64,000 nt of DNA from a virus, in IMG/VR virus record IMGVR_UViG_3300049617_000144, positions 6,562 through 70,561 of that record. One strand, given 5' to 3'. How positions within the stretch are numbered: position 1 is the first letter of the stretch; every line of letters begins with the position of its first letter. Shown in pieces: positions 38,153 to 47,313 of this stretch. The notes under the pieces are model-generated. The model was not told the origin of the DNA, did no database searches, and worked only from the letters and a program-made list of their open reading frames with translations. A program made the translations under genes and the position numbers.

Positions 38153-39052
38153 TTACTTTCCCAATACGTGGTTCAGGATGGCCATGCGGATGAACAGGCC
38201 GTTTCTTGACTGTTCAAAATAAACACATCTTGGATCTTTGTCAAGTTCTCTTGGCATTTCCTTCCCTCTCGGAAAGTGGTGCATGATCAAGGCATCTTTG
38301 CGAATAGCTTCCAGGTAATCCAAAGTAAGTTTGAATTTATGAACTGTGCCACCTGGGTTGCTTGGCAGCATGTAAACCACATCTGCCTGATCAAGATAGC
38401 CGCCAATTTGCAATTCCGACACACTGGTATGGCGACCTGTGGGTAGTTGCTGAGGACGGAATTGGCCAGTGTAATAGATGTGCATATCGAACATGTCGGC
38501 AAAATGCATCAGGGAAGTTACTACGGCACTCCCGGAGATGTCGCCAATGAACATTATCGTCTTGGCGTCTGGCCGCAATCTTTGAATTGTGTACATATCT
38601 TGCAGGGCCTGAATTGGATGTTCGTTATTGCCGTCTCGACAATTGATGATCGGGCATTTCGAAACGTCGGAAGCCTTGACGGCAGAGCCTGGTTCTGGAT
38701 GTCGTAGTGCGATAACATCCGAGTAACAAGACACCGATGCGACGATATCTTCCAGGGTTTCACCACGGAGGTCACAAGTTGAATTGCGAACATTTTCAAC
38801 CGAGATGACATTCCCACCTAGTTTTATCATAGCTGATTCGAATCCGAGTCTGGTTCGTGTCGATGGCTCATAGAAGAGGGTGGTCAAGATTTTATTACCA
38901 GGAAATGACGACCAGTGTTTGCCGTTTTCCAAATTACTTTTGGCTTTGTCGGCAAAATCAAATAGATTCTGGATATCGGGCTCTTTGATGTCATGAGAAG
39001 AAACAACGTGTTTCATCTTGACGGGGGTACGGGTTGCAATTTCAGTTTTCAT
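38153..39052 (-). CDS. pyrB: Aspartate carbamoyltransferase-like protein (divergent)
   Basis: FYEPSTRTR, GETLED, LRH, EHPIQAL.D, YFEQ..NG..IRMA; aspartate-site residues altered. Confidence 0.8.
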   Translation of the reverse strand: MKTEIATRTPVKMKHVVSSHDIKEPDIQNLFDFADKAKSNLENGKHWSSFPGNKILTTLFYEPSTRTRLGFESAMIKLGGNVISVENVRNSTCDLRGETLEDIVASVSCYSDVIALRHPEPGSAVKASDVSKCPIINCRDGNNEHPIQALQDMYTIQRLRPDAKTIMFIGDISGSAVVTSLMHFADMFDMHIYYTGQFRPQQLPTGRHTSVSELQIGGYLDQADVVYMLPSNPGGTVHKFKLTLDYLEAIRKDALIMHHFPRGKEMPRELDKDPRCVYFEQSRNGLFIRMAILNHVLGK

Positions 39053-39103
39053 ATTTTTCTCCTTTGATTGAAATTATAACGAAAAACAACGCTGGAGGCA
39101 ATG

Positions 39104-39886
39104 TTAGTAATTATCGACATGAACCAATATCGAATCACAGATTTCCTGTACACTTTGTGAAGGAGAAAAGAATTCAAAAAAACTACAAGGTTCTAGCTGC
39201 CAATTATGGCTTTTGATAGGGCTGTCCACTTCCACGGAACCAATCGTGATCATACCAGTCGATTCTTCATATCGTATAATAATCTGGTATTGATCCACAC
39301 GATGCTGGTCACGTCTTTGGACTCCCATGCCGGTGACTCCCCAATGGACGATATATTCACGATCAGGCTTTGTTTCAAGAATGCCTTCGTACTGGAATAT
39401 CCTTTGGGACATTTTTCTTTCAATGTAAGATCCAACTCGTTTAGTAAGAGCTTCCAGGCTTGTGAAATCAGTAACTCCGACTTCAACGTCCCCTCTGTCT
39501 ACTTCTTTAGCTTCATCGAGTATTTTCACAACTAATGCATCTGGATATTTGCAATAGTAATCGTTAATGTCGATTACCTTTTTGCAGATCCAGACAGATT
39601 CACCTTTCGCATCAACACTTTGCCTTTGAATGGAACAACGCACGCCGCCGTAAGGAGTAAAATTAACCCGAATGGCCCCAAAGCCATCACCCCAAAATAC
39701 TCCGCTGTTCATAGTCTCATTGGCCATTTTATTGCCGATAGAGGATTTACGAAGCTGACGGTTGACGTAATCTAACTGAAGTTCATAGACTGGTTTGTTG
39801 CCTGAATTTGGATCGTAAGGTGGTTTTGGCCTATCGAACCCAAAGTTTGCAAACTCCAGCCATTGTCGGAACCGTAATTTTTCCAT
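39104..39886 (-). CDS. Hypothetical protein with capsid-targeting-like N-terminus
   Basis: MEKLRFRQWLE; CTATATA upstream. Confidence 0.7.
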   Translation of the reverse strand: MEKLRFRQWLEFANFGFDRPKPPYDPNSGNKPVYELQLDYVNRQLRKSSIGNKMANETMNSGVFWGDGFGAIRVNFTPYGGVRCSIQRQSVDAKGESVWICKKVIDINDYYCKYPDALVVKILDEAKEVDRGDVEVGVTDFTSLEALTKRVGSYIERKMSQRIFQYEGILETKPDREYIVHWGVTGMGVQRRDQHRVDQYQIIIRYEESTGMITIGSVEVDSPIKSHNWQLEPCSFFEFFSPSQSVQEICDSILVHVDNY

Positions 39887-39904
39887 TCGTAATGTATATA
39901 GGTT

Positions 39905-40351
39905 ATGCTAAAGAGATTTCATGTATGGCTTGAAGAATACAACAAAAAGAAGCGAGTTGAGAAACAACTGATGGACCGCTTGTTTCCTAATGCAGATGTT
40001 GATCCTTCTGAGATTAAAATCAAGGGCTTAAAAATGCTGCCTAAAGCAATTGATGAACTTGGAATTGAGGACGATCATACAGTAGACGATTTGAAAAATT
40101 GGATTCCCAACAATCAAGGAGCTACCCTCACTCAGTTCTTTGCCATGCTCAATCCAGACGACGTGCCCGATCAGGCTCCGCTTCACGGCGACAAGGCACA
40201 ACTGCCACCGGAACAAGATCAACAGCCTGATCAACAACCTCCAGAGCAGCCTCAACAGCCAGGCATGGACATGGACCCTCAACAACTACCACAACCCGCC
40301 ATGCCACAACAGCAGCCACAATTCAGGCCAAAACCGAAGAGAATAATGTAG
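39905..40351 (+). CDS. Q/P-rich hypothetical protein with capsid-targeting-like N-terminus
   Basis: MLKRFHVWLEE; shares the palindromic TATATA with the divergent gene. Confidence 0.65.
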   Translation: MLKRFHVWLEEYNKKKRVEKQLMDRLFPNADVDPSEIKIKGLKMLPKAIDELGIEDDHTVDDLKNWIPNNQGATLTQFFAMLNPDDVPDQAPLHGDKAQLPPEQDQQPDQQPPEQPQQPGMDMDPQQLPQPAMPQQQPQFRPKPKRIM

Positions 40352-40370
40352 TTGGAGACTCTGATACAAT

Positions 40371-40601
40371 ATGAACGCATTCAAATTCAAGATCGGCCAA
40401 ATCATTAAGAGTAAAAGGTTTGGCGAGATGAAAGTTTTGTTTAGATGGCATCGCCCGCCAGGCGAGAATATCTATGATGTGCAGTTCTTAACCACTGAAA
40501 AGAACTGCACATACGACGAAAAAGAATTGGAGAAATTCAATGAATCTCAGTCAAACCGAAATGAAGTGCAAACAAATCGAGAAATTGCCCGTCGTCAATG
40601 A
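40371..40601 (+). CDS. Small SH3-like hypothetical protein
   Basis: FKFKIGQII...YDV...YDEKELE. Confidence 0.5.
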   Translation: MNAFKFKIGQIIKSKRFGEMKVLFRWHRPPGENIYDVQFLTTEKNCTYDEKELEKFNESQSNRNEVQTNREIARRQ

Positions 40602-40811
40602 GTGACCGAAAGTGCGAGGACGATACGAGTCGTCAAAAAAGACGCTTCACAATCGACAAATTCTGTGGTATAATTAGGAAGGTTAGCATGATGCGAAGAG
40701 AGTTAGTCAGGCACATCCAAGCCAGGATGCGTGAGATAGGTCGGCCTGATCTGGTAAGTTTGAAGGTCGAGGAATTAAATTAATTTTTCATGCATTAAGA
40801 GAGTAATATGA

Positions 40812-41090
40812 CTAGATTTCTACCGGCTCGCCCTCGACATCAAACTTGAAAGAAAGGCCCGGTTTCTTCTTCTCGGGTTTGCTGACTTCGATCTTGAAAA
40901 TGGAGTCCGCTCCGTCGCCATCCCATTCGAACTTCTTGCTTTCATCTACCACTATTGGGAAACTGTGACCAGTATTTCCCAACGACTTGATGTGTTTCAA
41001 CAACTCCTCAAGCGTATTATCCACGTCACGGCAGGTTATTGTGATGGTCTTGGTGTTCTGCCCCTGCTTCCACTCGTTAAAAGAGATCAT
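40812..41090 (-). CDS. Hypothetical phage protein
   Basis: MISFNEWK; GNTGHSF..VVD...WDGDGAD.I. Confidence 0.6.
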   Translation of the reverse strand: MISFNEWKQGQNTKTITITCRDVDNTLEELLKHIKSLGNTGHSFPIVVDESKKFEWDGDGADSIFKIEVSKPEKKKPGLSFKFDVEGEPVEI

Positions 41091-41211
41091 GCAGTATTTA
41101 GTCGAGGATGAAGTTCTTTATCCTGAAGACTAAGCACTTTTCCGATCTTTCGGTCCCGGCTCAAGAGGCTGGACTTGATTTTCTGGATTTTTGTTGCTAC
41201 AATTCCGCACC

Positions 41212-41397
41212 ATGGCACGACCAAAGAAATCCCCATCAGAAACCTTGTCCTACATGCTCCGCATTCGCATGTCCCAGGAAGACCGTGAACTCCTGGAACA
41301 GGCGGCGAAGTTCAACAGCCTGCAACTATCGTCCTGGGCACGGAGCGAACTTGTGGTTCTGGCACGGGCGATTGTTGAGAAAAAAATCAAAAAGTAA
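41212..41397 (+). CDS. Ribbon-helix-helix DNA-binding protein (DUF1778/antitoxin-like)
   Basis: MARPKK...LRIRMSQEDRELLEQAA....LSSWAR; TTGATT/TACAAT promoter upstream. Confidence 0.65.
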   Translation: MARPKKSPSETLSYMLRIRMSQEDRELLEQAAKFNSLQLSSWARSELVVLARAIVEKKIKK

Positions 41398-41457
41398 CTA
41401 AATAAAAGCGTGCCTCTGGTGACACTTGCTAAAGGCTAACCCTTCTGGATTAGAAGG

Positions 41458-41552
41458 AGACGAAGGTGGGATTTGAACCCACGAAACACTCGGCTAGAGC
41501 GATGTGCGTGGTTAGCAGCCACGCTCCTTAGACCAGACTCGGACACTTCGTC
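41458..41552 (-). tRNA. tRNA-Ser (GCT)
   Basis: Acceptor GACGAAG/CTTCGTC; anticodon arm CGTGG-CTGCTAA-CCACG; long variable arm; T arm GTGGG-TTCAAAT-CCCAC. Confidence 0.9.
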
Positions 41553-41759
41553 GTCACCAGAGGCACTAGCGTTTCATAGGTAAATACACCTTGTTTGTGT
41601 TGAAACAACTTAACCAGCAATCGGCTTTTGAAATTTGGACCGTCGCCGCCGAAAAAGCTCATTGACTTTGGTGAAGAAGACGATAGGATAAAGATGGAGC
41701 AAACACGCCGACTGAATATCCCCATTGTGATATTCTTGGGTCGGAGATAGCAGCCCGAA

Positions 41760-41870
41760 TTTGATTGTCGGGCGAGCGACAAGTGTCACCTACGAGGTGG
41801 CCTTCCCGATCTGGACAGGCGGGTATTGTTCCAGCCCCGACGGCCTTTTTACAGGGCCTTCGGGGTTTTT
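41760..41870 (-). ncRNA. Candidate DUF3800-associated RNA motif
   Basis: GC-rich hairpins (CCCCGAAGGCC...GGCCGTCGGGG; TCGGG...CCCGA) directly 3' of a DUF3800-like C-terminus. Confidence 0.4.
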
Positions 41871-41875
41871 TCACT

Positions 41876-42133
41876 TCACGGTGGATACGTCCGTACCCCG
41901 CCTTCTCGTTCTTTGATCAGCTTGCGATAATTCGGGCCATCTGCCGAAAGCGCCCCGCATACCATATCCACAATCTGGATAAGGTCTTCCGTGTGTGACT
42001 TAACTCGTTGAGGGGCTTTGATTCGTGGCACTTTGTTGTGATAGCCGGCGTGTTTCTTGAGAAAACGCAGGAAGTCCTTGTCGAACTTTTCAGCACTCGG
42101 CGTCAAACAGCAGCTTCGCCTCCAACAATTCAT
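41876..42133 (-). pseudogene. C-terminal fragment of a DUF3800-like protein
   Basis: VKSHTEDLIQIVDMVCGAL matches the S...LIQ.AD..AGA C-terminal pattern; N-terminal part absent. Confidence 0.5.
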
Positions 42134-42151
42134 CCCTGCATTGATCGATGG

Positions 42152-42559
42152 TCATAATTTTTCAAATGCGTCCTGTGTCATCTTCCAAGCGAGACGATGT
42201 TTATAATTTGGCATTTCCAAATTAGTAAACAACTTCTTGTGTGTGGTATAGATGACGTTGTTTACTGAATTTTTCGTAATGTTGGTGCCATCGGCAATTT
42301 CCTTAATCGTCTTGGGTGCATTACCTATTTTCACGAAGAAAACGGCAATCTGGTCGAAGTAGGAAGGGCGATTGTTCAAGGTCGTAACCATGCCATCCGT
42401 GGAAACCTTTACGGCTTCCTGTTTTAGGTCAGCCAGGGTAATGTTACCGTTGTCCAACCTCTCTTCGGCTTTGCGGAGGTGAGCAATGGCTTCCTGGAAG
42501 GTCTTGACCCTCAACTCCAGACTGGCAATCATGTTCTGGATTTGTTCTTTCTCTGACAC
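42152..42559 (-). CDS. Coiled-coil plus winged-helix protein
   Basis: PKTIKEIADGTNITKNSVNNVI HTH-like segment. Confidence 0.6.
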   Translation of the reverse strand: MSEKEQIQNMIASLELRVKTFQEAIAHLRKAEERLDNGNITLADLKQEAVKVSTDGMVTTLNNRPSYFDQIAVFFVKIGNAPKTIKEIADGTNITKNSVNNVIYTTHKKLFTNLEMPNYKHRLAWKMTQDAFEKL

Positions 42560-42640
42560 TTTTTCCTCACTTTCTCAAAAACGCAAGCAGCTGACGCCAG
42601 CTGACTTGTGGCAAAAACCCTCGTTTTTCTTGGTTTTTCC

Positions 42641-42668
42641 TTGACAATAGGGGCGGTTCTGCTACCAT
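42641..42668 (+). promoter_or_regulatory. Sigma70-type promoter
   Basis: TTGACA, 16 nt spacer, extended -10 TGcTACCAT. Confidence 0.6.
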
Positions 42669-42672
42669 GAAA

Positions 42673-42801
42673 CCACACGGGCACACCCCGTCTGGGACGG
42701 CGAAACCCTCTGGGCGAGCCATCTTCTATGGGTGTGTGGCTGGGTAAAACCTTGTGGGCAGAGGGGCGTTCAATCCATCCTCCCACAAGGTTTCTTTTTT
42801 C
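42673..42801 (+). ncRNA. Candidate small RNA
   Basis: Lies between the sigma70 promoter and terminator AAACCTTGTGGG/CCCACAAGGTTT + U-tract; stem CACACCC/GGGTGTG. Confidence 0.45.
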
Positions 42802-42864
42802 TACCTGCTTATGTTAGCTCGCTATTCTTGAGTGTCAAGAGAAATGTCGTTCGGAATGTGTTTT

Positions 42865-42960
42865 TGTGCAAGATTTGATGTTATTGTGCAAGTTGCTATT
42901 TATGTGCAAAGCCTGTTTGCCTACAAGTTGCACACGAATGGGCTATTTATGTGCAAAGCC
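42865..42960. repeat. TGTGCAA motif array and 19 bp direct repeat
   Basis: TGTGCAA at 42865, 42885, 42903, 42950 and inverted at 42928; GCTATTTATGTGCAAAGCC at 42895 and 42942. Confidence 0.7.
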
Positions 42961-43562
42961 ATAATCGTGGTACAATAGTAAATATTGGATTTAGACAATG
43001 GCTTGAAAGTGGGCAGCAAATGATTCCAGACGGATATCGTGGTATTTTGTACATTATGAGAGGCGTACCAGGAAGTGGCAAAAGTCATCTTGCCCTTCGA
43101 TTGGCGGGTGGCGACTCGTCAAAAGTTTTTTCAACTGACGACTATTTTTCGTCTTTGCCTGGCGGCTACAAAGCCAACTGGAAGGTCGAGAAGCTGTTTC
43201 CTGCCCACAAATGGAACCAAGGCAGGGTCCGCAAAGCCTTGTCCGAAGGCATTGATCCCGTTATCGTGGACAACACCAACCTGAAGTCCAAGGACGCCAG
43301 GGTCTACTACGACATGGCCATTGAGCATGGCTACGAGGTCCGAATTGAAGAATCCCAGAGTCCTTGGTGGCTGGAGATCACGGCTCTTTTGAAGAACAAA
43401 AAGGGGAGCGAAGCTGGTCTGAAGAAATGGGCCGGAAAGCTGGCACATGGATTCATGTATGAGGAACTGCACATCAAGAACGAGCATGGGGTTCCTGAAG
43501 ATACGATCTACAACATGCTGTTGAAGTATCAGTTCTACACCGTGGAGGACTTGGCCAGGTGA
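42951..43562 (+). CDS. P-loop polynucleotide-kinase-like protein (AAA_33 / N4BP2-like)
   Basis: IMRGVPGSGKS, STDDYF, AHKWNQ, IVDNTN, HGVPEDTI..ML. Confidence 0.88.
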   Translation: MQSHNRGTIVNIGFRQWLESGQQMIPDGYRGILYIMRGVPGSGKSHLALRLAGGDSSKVFSTDDYFSSLPGGYKANWKVEKLFPAHKWNQGRVRKALSEGIDPVIVDNTNLKSKDARVYYDMAIEHGYEVRIEESQSPWWLEITALLKNKKGSEAGLKKWAGKLAHGFMYEELHIKNEHGVPEDTIYNMLLKYQFYTVEDLAR

Positions 43563-43577
43563 CCTTCCATGAACTCC

Positions 43578-44255
43578 TTATAGTAATGGTGCCAGACTTT
43601 CGTGTTTCCAAGAATTGATCGAGACGGTGCCGTTACTAATGGTCAGATATGTCCCAGGGGGTTCAGTCCAACATCCTGAATTGTAGTAGAATTCATCATT
43701 ATACAAACTGTGAACATGGCCGCAACAAACTGCGTCACACCCATGTTTTTTTGCGTACTTGGTTGCACCCTCTCTTATTACTTCTTGACAATGCAGATAA
43801 TGCTTGCTGTTCATTTTTGCCATACGTGCATACTTGTGGCCAATTCTTTGGAGCAGGCTGTAGATGAGGTCGCCAATCCAGGTTAGTACTGGTCTTTCAG
43901 TAATGAATTTGTCCCACTTGTCACCGTGGATGACCATGATTTTCTTATCGCCGCTGGTTAGTATATATTCGTCAAAGACGTGGAGACCAATCAATTCAGA
44001 AATTGTGGTCGCTGGACCATCGTGATTGCCAGCAATCCATATGACTTCTAGTTTGTCTGACATTTTTCTCAAGCGAGACAATATATGCCACTGAGCTTTG
44101 TTAAGGCGGTGGAAATTGATATCGTCGAACACATCACCATTCAGGATGAGCTTTTTCGTATTAGTCGGCACCCAATGCAAAAACTCTAACAAGCTTTCAG
44201 CCTCGCAAAGCCTACTACCAAGGTGAATATCACTAATGACAATTGCGTCTTCCAT
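43578..44255 (-). CDS. Calcineurin-like metallophosphoesterase (LpxH-like)
   Basis: SDIHLG, GDVFD, GNHD, HGD, GHVH, YNSG.W. Confidence 0.88.
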   Translation of the reverse strand: MEDAIVISDIHLGSRLCEAESLLEFLHWVPTNTKKLILNGDVFDDINFHRLNKAQWHILSRLRKMSDKLEVIWIAGNHDGPATTISELIGLHVFDEYILTSGDKKIMVIHGDKWDKFITERPVLTWIGDLIYSLLQRIGHKYARMAKMNSKHYLHCQEVIREGATKYAKKHGCDAVCCGHVHSLYNDEFYYNSGCWTEPPGTYLTISNGTVSINSWKHESLAPLL

Positions 44256-44317
44256 GTAGGTATTTTGTGTTAATACCCCAATAGAGGCAAACTCTTCACA
44301 AAAGCTTCTTACACAAC

Positions 44318-44908
44318 TTATTCTATTTTTTTTGCCTTGGTTATCTTGTTTATTTTCTTAGGTGTCTTCATCCACATAGCAATGCCCATTCGATTACAGT
44401 GATGTCCATGTGCATCTATATCATGCCAGCGTTCAAAAAAATCATTGACAGGCAAAAAGCCTCTTTTCTCTGAAATTGATGGATCTTCGAAATAGATATT
44501 TTCGACAGTATAGCCAACAACAACTACGTAGTGTCCGCTTTCATTATTTTCGTAATGCTTTGGCGACGAGCCCCATGCCTGCATTGCACATATTACGGGG
44601 ATACCTTGGTCTAAAAAATTCATAAGATCTTCGACTTCCATTTCGGTTTTGGCACGAACTTGAAACCCAAATTCTTTAGCGTGTTTGACAATACTTTCTG
44701 GCGGTGTTCCATTTTTTTCACTTGTCCCGAGAATTTTCATGAAATCATTTTCATCTTCTGGTCCCACATTGAAAAAACGACAAATAGCCCTGAAAGCCAT
44801 AGCACCGCACGAACCGGCTTTTTGCATACGACCATGAGGTAGGTGAACCTTAATTGCACCTTCGGGAATTTTTTCTTGATTTTCAAGCCATCGTTGAAAG
44901 TTAAGCAT
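44318..44908 (-). CDS. Peptidase C39-like cysteine protease
   Basis: Q...SCGA, GT, GIPVI, GHYVVVVGY, FEDP; probable start MLNFQRWLE. Confidence 0.85.
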   Translation of the reverse strand: MLNFQRWLENQEKIPEGAIKVHLPHGRMQKAGSCGAMAFRAICRFFNVGPEDENDFMKILGTSEKNGTPPESIVKHAKEFGFQVRAKTEMEVEDLMNFLDQGIPVICAMQAWGSSPKHYENNESGHYVVVVGYTVENIYFEDPSISEKRGFLPVNDFFERWHDIDAHGHHCNRMGIAMWMKTPKKINKITKAKKIE

Positions 44909-44956
44909 GTAAATATGTATGCTGGAGAAAATATTCATAATTTACTCCTAAATATC

Positions 44957-45214
44957 ATGCGTAAAACATTTGTACTTATCAATTATGAAGGCCGCAACAT
45001 CATAGCAATTGACAACGAGGTTTTTGATTGGGGTGTCGATCCAGAAGAAGCAAATAAAGTCATATTGGCCTGCAAGAAAGACGCAGGTGAGAAGAGCAAT
45101 TACGTTGGTAACATCAAGAATTATTTCATCACATGCTTTTCTGAATTTGTAGGCAGACCGATAACCTTTCGTGAGATCAACGAGGCTTTAGAGAAAGGTT
45201 TCATCGAAGTATGA
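44957..45214 (+). CDS. Hypothetical protein
   Basis: Probable start MRKTFV after CTAAATA. Confidence 0.55.
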   Translation: MRKTFVLINYEGRNIIAIDNEVFDWGVDPEEANKVILACKKDAGEKSNYVGNIKNYFITCFSEFVGRPITFREINEALEKGFIEV

Positions 45215-45834
45215 ATACGATCAATATCATAACAACAGCCGAACGTTCTGTTCTATACATCCACGATACGATGAAAAGTATATTTGCGTCGAAGTGGGAA
45301 GGACAAATCAACTTAATAGCTGGGTCCAAGGACACAAATTATTTGAACGAATACAAATCCAACCCGCAATGCAAGATCATTCCTTGGTGGGTTCCCTGGA
45401 TGCAAGAGGGTGCGAAAGAAGAAAATGAAGGCAGAAAAAGAGCCCGATGTGGTTTCAATCACATTAGAGCAATAGCTTACGGCCCGAGTCCTTGCTTGAT
45501 AATCGAGGACGACGTGATCTTTGTTCCTGGATGGCAGGAAGAACTGCAAAAAATTACAAACAGTATGTCTGAAGTTGATTACGTTTTAGATGTGGGCAAA
45601 CACCAGAAAGACACTTTGATTAAATGGGATGGATCTCTTCAGGGGGCTTGGGGATTGTATTTCTCATCCGTCAACGTAAGATTGAAATCTGTTGAATACC
45701 TTTTAACACGCACAGATGGGTGTTGCGATGTCTTGATAGGCAAGTCAGTAACTGAAAATTTCACTTTGTGGCAGACCAAGACTTTGGTTCGCCATATTGG
45801 CAACGTGTCAACCTTTAGCAGGAAAGATAGTTAA
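45211..45834 (+). CDS. Glycosyltransferase (GT-A, family 25-like)
   Basis: NH..A, LIIEDDV, D..I, VRHIG. Confidence 0.65.
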   Translation: MNTINIITTAERSVLYIHDTMKSIFASKWEGQINLIAGSKDTNYLNEYKSNPQCKIIPWWVPWMQEGAKEENEGRKRARCGFNHIRAIAYGPSPCLIIEDDVIFVPGWQEELQKITNSMSEVDYVLDVGKHQKDTLIKWDGSLQGAWGLYFSSVNVRLKSVEYLLTRTDGCCDVLIGKSVTENFTLWQTKTLVRHIGNVSTFSRKDS

Positions 45835-46350
45835 ATGATATTTGTCGAAGAAGATGATAACCGTTTTTACATCAAAGAATCAACATTGCCCAATGCTGGC
45901 TTGGGATGTTTTGCCAAAATACTAATTCCAAAAGGCGATTGGCTGGAAATCATCGGTGTGTACGTCAAAACTGGCGGGATTGCCGACAAATGCACGCATT
46001 ACGCCAAACGGTACAAATTCGCAGGTTCTCCCAAGATGGATGCCAAAATAGTTCCAATGGGCTTTGGCGGCATGGTTAATCACAGCAGTGACTCTAAAGT
46101 TCAGAATGTCGTCCTTGAATATTGTGCCGGACTTAGTAAAAGGAGTAGTCATTCCGGCCAGGTTATCTACCGGGCCTTGCGGGACATCCAACCCGACGAG
46201 GAGCTAATAGGCAATTATGGCGATGTTATAGGAGCCGAAGTGGATCGCATGGCGAAGAACACAAGCTTCTTTTTGACGGAACTTGAGGACTGGCAAAAGT
46301 TTGTGTCTCTGAACCCCTATAATTTGCAAGATTTGATCGACAAGTTGTAA
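45835..46350 (+). CDS. SET-domain methyltransferase
   Basis: STLPNAGLGCFA...I.KG, VNHS, ALRDIQPDEELIGNY. Confidence 0.88.
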   Translation: MIFVEEDDNRFYIKESTLPNAGLGCFAKILIPKGDWLEIIGVYVKTGGIADKCTHYAKRYKFAGSPKMDAKIVPMGFGGMVNHSSDSKVQNVVLEYCAGLSKRSSHSGQVIYRALRDIQPDEELIGNYGDVIGAEVDRMAKNTSFFLTELEDWQKFVSLNPYNLQDLIDKL

Positions 46351-46410
46351 ATCACAACTCATTGACTGGCAATGCGTTAAAAAATTATTGGAAAAAATTT
46401 CAAAAAAGGC

Positions 46411-46491
46411 TGGACACTTTCGCCACTCGACTGTAAATTACTGGAGTGAGATGAATGAACGGCAGCAACGGCTGCAAGCGATCTTTGAAAA
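46411..46491 (+). promoter_or_regulatory. rRNA-like promoter with UP element and boxB/boxA antitermination-like leader
   Basis: A-tracts, TGGACA-17 nt-TAAATT; hairpin GCAGC-aacg-GCTGC followed by GATCTTTGAAAA. Confidence 0.6.
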
Positions 46492-47313
46492 CTTAGAGAG
46501 TCACTTTGAGAGTCCAGGTGGTGACCGAAAGGACACCACACATAACTAAGTTCGCAACAAAACTGAGGTGCTAGCCTCAGGTACAAAATGGTAATCTTGC
46601 GAGAAAAACCAAGGGAAGCGGTGATACAGCCGCTTACGGCGAGCAATAAAGTCAGGTGCAAACACCTGATTGGAAGGTTTACCGGAAGGTTGAGACGGGC
46701 ATCGGCATTAAGATGAGCCGCCCATATAAACTGGAAGAGTCGAGAGAGTCAACCAGGACAAATGGTAGCTAAAAGGCCACTTGAATCGTCAGGCACGCAG
46801 ACCTGACGAAGATTGGTGCAATCTTAATGGCGTCTTGGGTTAAGACATAGAAGTAGCAATCTCTATGGCATTCCCATTTCCCTCCCCACAAGGGAGGAAC
46901 ATCCTGGCGAGGATGGAATGAAGACGTTGAGCCTGGTTCACGCCTAGAAACGACGTTACCTTACACGACAGGGACAAGGAAATCAGTAGTCAAGATCACC
47001 CGCAAATGACAATTAGGATTCACAAGGTAATTATTGGCAGGGGGCTTCTGGGTAATCGCTTGGAGCAATCTAGGCGATGAAAGAAGTACTGACAAATATT
47101 ACGTTGAGAGGAATAAGCGTCGTGAGCGGAATGAGAAACAACTGATTGTCACGCCGACTGGTTAATCTGGTGGCAACACCCAGCAGTAAGCCCAAAAAGG
47201 CTAAAGGTACACGACTCCAGTTGGAAAGTTGCAAAAAGAATGACGGACTCGCTGAGCCAGTATATCGTACCTCTACGCAAGCAAGTGCGGTTCTGGTAAA
47301 AAAAGTGTGCTGT
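46446..47313 (+). ncRNA. Candidate large structured ncRNA (~870 nt; GOLLD/ROOL-size class)
   Basis: No credible ORF; more than 12 hairpins, several GNRA-capped; own promoter and terminator. Confidence 0.7.

Noticed and set aside
46446-47313. rRNA fragment, RNase P RNA or tmRNA
   Set aside because: I could not find universal rRNA segments, the RNase P P4 signature, or tmRNA tRNA-like ends; small ORFs here look spurious.
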